Below the pieces are notes generated by a model. The model was not told the DNA's origin. It searched no databases and saw only the letters and a program-made list of their open reading frames with translations. 64,000 nt of DNA from Azolla caroliniana. Taxonomy: Eukaryota; Plantae; Polypodiophyta. The position numbers were made by a program, and so were the translations under genes. The stretch is from assembly GCA_043228905.1 (NCBI GenBank), contig JBHGNT010000022.1, positions 10,230,001 through 10,294,000 of the forward strand. The letters run 5' to 3'. The first letter of the stretch is position 1; each line of letters begins with the position of its first letter. Below are positions 41,715 to 52,093 of this stretch, piece by piece.

Positions 41715-42195
41715 CAACCATGTAGCTAGTTGGCAGTTCAATGTCTTCACCAAGTAGTGTTCAAGCATTTCATCGGGTAGAATGAGACAGTATTTGCGAA
41801 TGTTGAAGTAATGCCGGAAATGTTCTATATCCAGAATCAACATATTGTCGGCATTATAATCTGGCCAAGTGGCCCAAAAATCAGAAAGTCTTTTGAATCT
41901 TGCAACATCCTTCTGCTCACAATTCTCTCGTGTCCACTGACCCTTGAAATGTTGTCGCCACTTCTGGAAGAATCTTTGTACACACTTCCACACATGTGTA
42001 CGTGGTTTTTCACTCCAAATAAACAAATCAAAGTATTGCACAAATCACTCCAGAAATTGATTTGCGTCCCTCCTTGGTGTCATATATCGCACATTCATCA
42101 AGACTTTATCAAGCTCCAAGATCAAGGCTCTTCTTTCGATTTCTAATGGTTTAGGTTTCCATTCCTGTAATTGAGCCTCTATTATGCCAATTACT
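41715..42195 (-). pseudogene. FCP1/NIF (HAD-family CTD phosphatase)-like domain captured within the copia element
   Basis: One frame with a single TGA: RRALILELDKVLM...RRDANQFLE*FVQYFDLFIWS...QWTRENC...FKRLSDFW...YNADNMLILD...YFN; follows NIF domain motif order; recognised by eye only. Confidence 0.6.
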
Positions 42196-43406
42196 CGAGA
42201 GAGTCTTAGATTTCCTTGATTCGGGCCGTATAATCGGCCACAGACAGATCTTTCTGTCGGACATTGTTGAGGTCCTGTCTGAGTTGTAGCTTCCCGGCCA
42301 TTGAGATTCGCCCACGCGTCCTTTGGAGTCTTAGCATCCCGAATATAGCTCAATAGCTAGTTGTTCACACAGGATGCAAGTCAATAGAGAACTCTACTTG
42401 CCGCTTGTTCCCAAGCCGAAAAATCTTTGTGTGTCAAATCAGGTGCTACATCATTAGCTCCTTTGACATAACTCCAGTAGTTGTGACCGAGCAGGTACTG
42501 GTGCATCTTGTACGACCATGATGCGTAGTTGCTCCTGTCGAGCTTCTCAATCGGTAGCGAGCTTCCCATACCTCTGTCCATATTGTTCAACTCTGTTTTG
42601 TTGCAAGCTTTTCTTGTCGGCTGCAGAGGACTTCAACCCTCGCGCTCTGATACCATGTAAAAGAATACGTTGTGCGGAAGCGTATGCGAAACACAGAGAT
42701 GGAGAGGGAGAGACAGAGAGAGAGAGACAGAGACAGAGAGGAGACAACTCAGTTCTATTTTAAAATAATGACACTCTGTACATAAAACGTGCTCAACAGA
42801 ACTATTCATACACGTCCTAAGAGGACTGACAGAAGTACTGTGTACTTTAATGCTCATACGAGCGTCTAACACTAACTACAAGACTATTAACTACCTAGTA
42901 GTCTAGGCTGCTACTAGGTTTCCGGATACTGCTTGATCCAGCTAACCGGCTCCCCAACTCACTGGCTCACTGATCTAGGTCATCGTTCCGGATGCCGATC
43001 CGGATCCGGTTGAGCTTGCCGATCAACACATGTCTTAGCACTCTTAGATTCCGAAGCCAACTCTTGCTTCATGGATAAGAATTTTGCCCAAGCTCATCAT
43101 ATATCCCTAAAGAAATTCCCATGTCCAACCTCTGTAGTAGTCATTGATGGTCGTCCCATTGCTTCCGGGAATATTATAGAAGAGTCAAAACCCGTTAATA
43201 TTGTCCTAGATAACTTAATGTGTGTAGTATCATTTAATATAATTAGTATCCCAGAATATCCCATTGTTTTGGGATTACCATGGTTCGAATTACATAACCC
43301 AGCCATAGATTGGAGAACAAGAGAAATACGGTGTCGACAAACCCGAGGATGTACTCATAAGATTGCAACCATTTTGCTACATCAGTTGCGTGAGGAAGGG
43401 CGCAAG

Positions 43407-43892
43407 TGTTGTCCGTCCGACAATAAACTATATTGTCGACACAATATAAGTCGAACGTTGTTTACCGAATGTTCTATCAATGAATTGTGGTTAGGCGAAT
43501 GAATATTAAGGTACTCTAATAATATCGATGTTATGCATACATCGAGATCGTTACTTATTTAATATAGTTATATTAGGATGTAAATAGATTAGAAGAATAA
43601 TTGCACACCAAGATTTCCTACAACTAAACTTATATTACTAAAATAAACGATAGTTTTTACAATGCCTTTGATTCCTTTTATAGGCAACCGAAAGGACTTC
43701 CTCATCAAGAAACATACTGTCATAATGGCAAGAATTACAAAATCTGTAACTAACTATATTTTTGGTTTTAATTATATTCGGCAAAATGCTGACTCATCGA
43801 TCCTCTTTATTGATCCGACTCCGACTCCGACTCTAAAATTTCCAACTCCGACGCTTCTCCACTTAAGTGCCCGCCCCTTTGTCCAGGTAATA
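43407..43892. mobile_element. Solo LTR (486 bp) inserted in chromovirus pol
   Basis: GCAAG 5-bp TSD; TGTTG...TAATA ends; removal restores LREEGRKEEMFLFAI. Confidence 0.8.
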
Positions 43893-46800
43893 GCAAGGAA
43901 GAAATGTTTCTCTTCGCAATATCAGTAAACCCCTCCAATATCAATAAAGAGGAGTCCACCGTTCAACTTCCAGAGAAGTATCGTCATTATGCCAATGTGT
44001 TCGATAAAGTACGAGCTAATACGCTTCCTCACCATCGACCTTATAATTGCCCCATTGATTTACAACCGGGAAAAGAGCCACCATGGGGACCGATCTACAA
44101 TTTGTCACCAACCGAGCTAGAAATCCTTCAAGCCTATATAGGAGAATTTGGCAAATGGTTTCATTCGATATTCGAAATCTCCAGCCGGCGCACCCATTTT
44201 CTTTGTCAAGAAAAAGGATGGATCACTTCATCTCGTCGTAGATTACCGTGGATTGAATAAAGTCACCATCAGGAATAGGTATGCACTTCCCCTTATCTCA
44301 AGTATTTTAGAACGGATCAATGGTGCAAGGTTCTTCACAAAGATCGACTTATGAGGAGCATATAACCTCGTACGGATCCGACCAAGAGATGAATGGAAGA
44401 CTGCGTTTCGCACCAGATATTAGCACTTCGAGTATACGATCATGCCATTCGGCCTCACTAATGCGCCAATAGTCTTCCAACACATGGCAAATGATATATT
44501 CCGAGATCTCTTGGATGATTTTTTTATCATCTATTTCAATGATCTACTGGTTTATTCGAAGACCCAAAAAGAGCATGATTCTCACGTACTATTAGTACTA
44601 AAACGACTTCGAGAACATGGTCTTTATGCAAAACTGGAAAAATGTAGTTTTGGGTGCAACCAGGTAGAATTTTTGGGCTATGTCATTTCCTTGGAAGGCA
44701 TCTCCATGGATCTAGCTAAGGTCAAAACGGTGGTAGAGTGGCAGACTCCGCGTTCGTTGCGAGATGTGCAATGCTTTTTAGGCTTTGCCAATTTTTACCG
44801 CAAGTTCATACAGGATTACTCAAAGCTTGTTTTGCCTCTCACACAACTTACCAGGAAGGGAAAATTGTTCGTTTGGTCTGAATAAGCGGGCATTGCTTTT
44901 GAGAGTCTTAAGAAGACATTTACATCAGTTCCTATTTTAGCTCATGTTAATCCAGAAAAAACATTTATCATTGAAGTAGACGTGTCGGATTTCGGCTTGG
45001 GTAGCATTCTGTCTCAACAAGGCGATGATGAAAACTACATCCTGTAGTTTTCCATTCACGCAAGTTTGACGCCGTGAAAATCAACTATGAAATTCATGAT
45101 AAAGAGCTATTAGCATTAGTGGACTCTTTTGCGCAATGGAGGCATTTTCTAGAGGAGTCTTCTCATCAAGTCATTGTATTCAATGATCACAAAGACCTTG
45201 CCTACTTTCAGAATGCTCGTGTGTTAAATCGACGTCAAGCTCGGTGGGCCTAATTCCTCACTCGTTTCGACTTCAAAATTACATATCGTCCGGGGAAGCA
45301 ACAAGGGAAGGCAGATGCATTATCACGACATTCGTAGCTAGCACCCCGTCCCGGCGAGCCAACTTTCGATAACCAAAAGCAAGTAATCTTGGGACCGACA
45401 TGACTACAAGCAACGCAGGTCTTCAGTATGCCCTTGGATTCCCACGTTATCAATACCATACGTGAGGACATGAAGACAGATGCTTTCGCTCAAGATATTC
45501 TAGCACAAATTGATCACTCTCAAGCATCTTGTTCACAATCGCAACAACCAGGTACGGACTATTGACAATTCGAATGTCATGATGGATTACTATTCTTTAA
45601 GAAACTCTTGTATGTTCCTAATGGTACTTGTCACCTTCAAGTAGTCCAAAACTGTCATCACACATATACAACTACAGTAGATTTAGTACAACGATCATTC
45701 TGGTGGCCCCATATCCGACAATTTGTCGAAGATTTTGTCCGGACTTGTGATACATGTTGCAGAACAAAAATGCCAAGGCATCATCCATATGGTTTATTAG
45801 AACCATTACCAATTCCAAGCAAGCCATGGCAATCCATTGCCCTAGATTTCATCACAGATCTTCTGGTCTCTAAGGGATTCGATGCGATTTTAACACTAGT
45901 AGATCGATATACGAAGATGGCTCATTTCCTGCCATGCACTAAGGAAATCTCCAGTGAAGAAACCGCCGAAATTGTCATGCGTGAAGTATGTTGGCATCAT
46001 GGCCTTCCTGATAATATCATCAGCGACCGTGGACCCCAGTTCATCTCGAAATTCTGGAAGCACCTTTTTGAAATGCTCAAGGTCACTTGTAACCTCTCCT
46101 CCGGCTACCACCTGCAAACCAACGGCCAAGCGGAACGAATAAATCAAATGTTGCAGCAGTATCTTCGGTGCTTTCTAAGCTATCATCACGATGACTATGC
46201 AGATATTCTCCACTTCGCCGAATTTGCTACTAGCTACTATTGTATATTCCCTTAACATAATATATATCTTTTGTTATCCTCATTCTCTCTCTCTCTCACT
46301 TACTCTTTCCTTCTTTCGAGAGTTCTACACCTCCCTTAGTACTAATCCTCATCTTTTAGTACTAATTCCTTCTCTATTAGAGTATTGTTCCTGACAGTAC
46401 TTCCCTGTCTTAGTACTGCTCCTGATAGGCGTTGGTCGCGCTCAGTTCCTCCTTCATTTGGTGCATTCATTCGGTTTCTACTATTGGCAAAACCGGTCCC
46501 TCCGGATGGGATCTGGTTATGACTGAAGAGGACCCAATGAGAACCGAAAGAGATCTGGAAACCGAATCGGTGAACCCAATGAGAACCGAAACAGAAGACA
46601 TATTTGTAAATATGTTTGAGTAAGCCTATTGAGACTATATTTGTAAATAGCCCTTAGTTCATATAAGTATAAATATGACTTAGAGCAATCACTTTAGACG
46701 TTGTTGTAGTCATATTGTAGTATGTGTATATAGTGGCAGAGAGAGAGAGGAAGAGAGGGAGAAAGCGAGATACATAACGGTTTCTGTTGTAACCGCCAAT

Positions 46801-49336
46801 TGGCGAAGAAACAGAGCTCGAGGTCGTTGCCTCCGAGTCTCTAATTGTACCTTCCTCATATAGTGATAGTTCGGAGCCTATGGGCTCCTGTGATTTGTCC
46901 CTATTAGGGTTTTCCACGTAAACATCTTGTGTCCTCTCTATCAACTCGTGTGTGTGCGTGCGTTCACTCCCTACTTCCCATTTTTGCGTTTGATTCTCGT
47001 TGAAGTGTTCAAGACTCGGTTGTGGCCGAGCTATATTCCACGGTATTCTCTACAAACTGGTATCAGAGCAAACAACACAGGAAATGGAAGAATCGTTCGG
47101 CGGCATGTTCAGCTCACCGGCTCCAACTACTAAGTGTGGAGGTCAAAGATGAGGGATATGCTGGTGGTTAAAGATCTTTGGTTGCCGCTTCAATTCGGGG
47201 ACAAGAGACCGGATAAGATCAACACCACAATGTGGGAGGTGATGCACATGAAGACGACGGCATACATCCGTTGCCTCATCGACATGATCCTATACAACAA
47301 CTTCAATGAAGAATGTAAGGCTCATGAACTCTAGGAGAAGATCGACATCATGTTCCAGAACAAGAATGTTGTCAATCGGGTTTCGGTATTACGGAAGCTA
47401 GTGAGGCTCCGGTACCAGGATGGCTCCAGTATGTCAGAGCACATGAATGTCTTCCAGGGACTAATCCACCAAGCAACCTCGTTGGAAGTACCTCTCACCG
47501 ATGAGGTACTCACATTACTCCTGCTCAGTACCCTCCCGGATAGTTGGGAGACGCTAGTTGTCACGTTGGGCAACGCCGGGCCGGAAGGAAAGCAGTTGTT
47601 CCTAGAAGGGGTAAAATCAACCTTGATAGATAAAGAGGCTTGCTATAAGGACCGGGAGTCCGGAACCGATTCGAAGGCCTTGGTCATGGAAGATGACCAC
47701 AACCGGGTAACATGCCGGTATCGGAGTCCCCAAAACCGGGACAAATTGGGGATGAGGTCAAAGTCAAGGGGGAGGTGTACTTGCTTCTACTGTGGGAAGC
47801 CGGGGCACTTCCAGAAGAACTGTTGGCATTTCCGAAAAGAGAAAGAAACCGGAACCACCGATTTGAAGAAGAGTTCGGACCGAAACGGTTCGGATTGGAA
47901 AGGAATATCGGCGATCACGACAAGTGAAGAAGAATTGATGGTCATTGCCGAGGAGAATGAGCTAAACCTTGTCGGCAACGAGACAACGTGGGCTGTTGAC
48001 TCCGGAGTGTCGTTCCACCTGACACCGGATAAAAAATGCTTCTCATCCTACACAATCGGTGATCATGGTTGTGTCCGGATGGGGAATTAAGGTACATGCC
48101 GAATTGTTGGCATAGGAGATGTGTTGTTGATGACAGCAATCGGATGCAAGTTGCTATTGAAGGATGTCCGACACGTTACGGAAGTTCGACTGAACCTGAT
48201 ATCAGTCAGTCGGCTAGATGATGAAGGCTACACGGGTAGCATCCGGAACGGAGTCATGAAGTTCAGCAAAGGGAGCCTAATAGTGCCTCGAGCCCGAAAG
48301 TTCAACACGATGTATCTAATGCATGCCCGGATATGCCGGGAAGAAGTGAACGTAGCATCTGACACTGCCGATGAGCTGTGGCACAAAAGACTGTGTCACA
48401 TGAGTGAGAAGGGGATGAAGAGACTTGCCTAAGACAATCTCATTCCGGTGAAGGGGGTACAACTTGAGAAGTGCACTGATTGTCCTACTGGCAAGCAAAA
48501 TCGAACCTCCTTCCAGTCAAGACCATCGATGAGACGGAATGCACCACTGGAGTTGGTGCATACCGATGTGTGTCAAGTGGACACGAAGTCACATGCCGGA
48601 TCGTAGTACTTCGGGACGTTCATAGACAACTGGAAGTTGTGGGTCTCACCATTGAAGACGAAGGATCAAGTGCTATCCATCTTCAAGGAGCTCCACGCGA
48701 GAGTGGAAAGAGAAACTAGCCGGATGCTGAAGGCAGTTCGAGCAGACAACATAGGAGAATAATGGGGGCAGTTCGAGGGGTACTACTGGTCGAAGGGAAT
48801 CCGGCTCGAATTCACTGTGCTAAAGACGCCATAATTGAACGGTGTCGTGAAGATTTTCGGCAATAGTGTGAAAATCCCATAAAACGTACAAAATCGAGTA
48901 TGAATCATGTAATACAATAATTGTGAAGATAACATTTTTAATATCTAAAGTACAAAATGATGGAGGTTTCGAATGCACTTTATTACACGAGAAATGGACA
49001 ACTAAATGTCAAGATATGAGGGTATAAAGTTTGTGAAAAGAAAAGAGAAAATTGTGAGATATCCCACATAGGCACGACAAATACGGCTCTCATCATATAT
49101 AAGGTGGAGCAAAAGATATTATCTTTGTGTCTATGTGTGGAGCATAGAGAGTTCAAGGTAACTTGAACTTAGAGTGGAGGTGGCTAGCTACTCGTAAAGG
49201 GTTTTGGCCAACCAAAACCGGACCGGCGATGGAGCCGGTGATCCGACGGCATCCGACCGCAATTCGATGGCGGCATGCAGCACCGGTATCCGGCGTCGGC
49301 ATCCGACGAACCGGCGACTAGATAAAATAAATATAT

Positions 49337-49430
49337 AAAAATATATACATATACAAGGAGGGCAAGTATGGATTCGAACCTTGCACCTCCAAGTTAGGAG
49401 TCAAATGGCTTACCATTAAGCCATAGTATT
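49337..49430 (-). promoter_or_regulatory. tRNA-like Pol III cassette in gypsy 5' LTR
   Basis: Minus strand A-box TGGCTTAATGG (49423-49413) with D-stem GCTT/AAGC, perfect B-box GGTTCGAATCC (49380-49370), TTTTT terminator at 49341-49337. Confidence 0.75.
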
Positions 49431-49888
49431 TAGTTGAAATTATATTTCTATCATTGTACTTTTACATGTAAATTCTCATCCATGAGTGCTAAAATGAGTG
49501 ACATGGTTAGCATGCACCACATGTAATACTTAAGCGCCAAATGGCAAACATGCAATTTATGCATGCCTTGTACCCTCACATGCATCGTATGCATGAGAGC
49601 ATCTATAAAAGAGGGAAGGGGGAGGAGAAAAACATGGTTTTTTTTCTTTATGAAAATTAAGAGGAAGAAATTCGTTATCAAATCAAACGTGTAATCTCAA
49701 CTTCTCTCTTTCTCAATCTATCTTAAGTACTTTCTCGCCAAAGCTTGTATCGACTCTAAATCCTTCTGGTCCAGAACCCCGGCGGTTCCGCCTCACGATC
49801 CGCGCGTAGTGACGGATCTTCACGACATAATAAAGTGGTGAACCCGACGTGAAAGAGGCGGTAGGAAGGATCAAGTCGAGATTAATAC

Positions 49889-52093
49889 TTGGAGATGGCG
49901 TCCTCAAGCAACCAAGCAGGAGAGCTCGAAAGGATGATGCTAATCGTCGAGCAAATGATGAGATCTCGGGACAATGACGCGAGCGTGGAGAAGGCTGTCG
50001 ATCGTGTCGTAGAGCTCGAGGGCCAATTCGATGGAAGGAACGTTACGAAGTTCCTTGATGCATATAAGAGGGAGATGAATCAAAGGGACGTGTCCGAGGC
50101 ACGTCAAATCGCAAGCTTCAAGAGAGTTGTCGCCAACAACATCCAAAGACGCGTCATCGAGCTTCAAGAAGGAAAGACAACATGGTCCGAGTTCGAGAAA
50201 ACGATACTAGCGGAGTTCGTGACTGAAGACTCAACGAGGATGACTCGACATGCCTTAATGAAGTGGATAGAGAAGAAGAATAAGAAGATGAGCGTCTCGA
50301 GGGTGTACGACGAATTCGACCAGATGTTTAGTCGTCTCCCCAATACGGACCAAGTGTTGCTTGAAGAGGACAAGACTTTGTACATCTTGAAGGCCGTGGA
50401 CATAAAGGATAGACGGGAGTTGGGGACTCTTCTCGAAGATGATACCCAAGCAAATGGGCTCGTAGCGGACTGGATCGCGGTGAAGCGGGCATGCAATAGG
50501 CTTGACAAGCGTCGCCAATGGGTTGATGACACCGACTTGACGGGACCGACTACCACGGAGAAAGCAAGACCGTCGAAAGTAGCTGAGCCGCCGAGACAAA
50601 GTAATGTGGAAGAAAAGAAGATTGATGACAACATCATTGAAGAGCTAGCGAAGAAGTTCGAGAAGGTCACGCTAGCCAACATGAATCGTCGGGGCCCTAA
50701 AGGAAAAGAACCCTTTAGATGCGTGTGGTGCGATAGCATGGACCACATGAGAAGGGATTGTGCGAGCCTTCGAGAGGCGATTCGACAAAATATTGTATAC
50801 ATAGAGGACAACATGATCTGCTCAAGCGAGACTAGAAGACCCCTACGGGTGAATTTCAGAAGAGGAGGAATGAAGAGATCTATGGAGGATGCCGATGCGA
50901 CTCATGTGGATGCGATGCACTATGCTGCGTCGGCCGGAATAAGAGTCGGGAAAGACAAGACTGAAGCTGCTAGAGCGGGAGCAAAGTTTTGGACTTCCGT
51001 TCTCGAATATGAGAAGAAGGGAAAAATCACATCGAACGAGGTAGAGCTTGCGGACTGAAGCGTGCAAAGCATAATCGGGTGGTCGGATCTGGTGGACGAC
51101 AACACCATACTTGCAGAGGTGATGTGCGACAACCACGAGGTATTCGTCGAAGAAAAGAGAAAGAGAATAGAAGACCAAGGGCCATAAAAAAGACATGAAA
51201 CAAGGAACGCGAAAAAGAAGGACGATGCGGAGACGAGTCGACCTTTACAAACGGAGGAACGAGAATCAAGCCGAAAAGGGGAGCCGAGCATACGAGTTGA
51301 AGAAACGGTTCGGCCCGTGAAGGTTGGTGTCGAAGACCCCGCTCGGAGGACAAGGACCATACCTACCTATAAGCTAAGGTCGGACATAGAACAGACGACG
51401 GACCTAAAGAAGATTCTCGAAGAACGAGTTCTTGATAGCCATGTAACTTTGTCCTTGAGGGAATTGCTTGGCATTACGAAGAAGGAGTTCCATGACACGA
51501 TTGTGGACCTTGTAAAGAGAAAGAGACAACAATCGGACAAGGAAGAAGAGAAGCCGCAGAAAGCAAAAACGAATGCCATAACGATGGCAAGAGACGAAAT
51601 CGATGAAGATATGGTGGACAGCCACTACACTCGACCTCATTGGGCACGAGCGACAACGGAGACGCCGGTGAAGATCGGGGAGAAGAAAGAGACCGTCGTA
51701 GCCTTGATCGACCACGGCTCGGAGATCAACCTCATGTCAACCGACTTCTACAAAAAGGGAAGATGGCCAATCAATACAAACCACGGATGGAAGATTCGCG
51801 CGGCAACAAAGTCTACGGAGGACTTGTACGGAGCTTGTCCCAATGTCAAAGTCACGATCGGGGATGTGGAGATGGATCAACACTTCTTCGTACAAGAATC
51901 GGCGTCGCATCCTGTCATCCTAGGGCAACCTTATATCACATCATCTCGGATGGAGACCAAAGTGTTCGATAATGGAGCAGCCTTCGCACGAATAAAGAGT
52001 CTTGACAACCAAAGATCGGTCCAATTCCTAACGGTGCGAGCCAATCATGAAAGGAATCGAGATAGTCTCGGAGGCGAATCCTCGGATTTTTAG
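49889..52093 (+). CDS. Gag-protease ORF with two premature stops (51056, 51185)
   Basis: ORFs 49889 and 51317 share a frame; CVWCDSMDHMRRDC knuckle; ALIDHGSEIN protease. Confidence 0.8.

Larger units (their letters stand above)
39054..43028 (-). mobile_element. Internally deleted Ty1/copia element (LTRs 39054-39480 and 42656-43028)
   Basis: CATGT 5-bp TSD; PBS TGGTATCAGAGC (42655-42644); PPT GAGGGGGAG (39481-39489); gag N-terminus 42381-42590; RT tail/RNase H 40177-40768. Confidence 0.92.
35878..46396 (+). mobile_element. Chromovirus-type (Tcn1/Tf1-like) gypsy element with three nested insertions and an internal deletion
   Basis: 5' LTR 35878-36298 matches the reverse complement of 58321-58734; gag KFDGT.SQFRGFLN, FRFGLRNDVKD, CLYCGGPGH; protease LLDSEA; [26 protein letters not shown]; integrase IISDRGPQF; partial 3' LTR 46226-46396. 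Confidence 0.9.

Noticed and set aside
49337-49430. Functional tRNA genes in the LTRs
   Set aside because: Acceptor and anticodon stems do not pair in either cassette type; only the A/B boxes and D-arm are convincing
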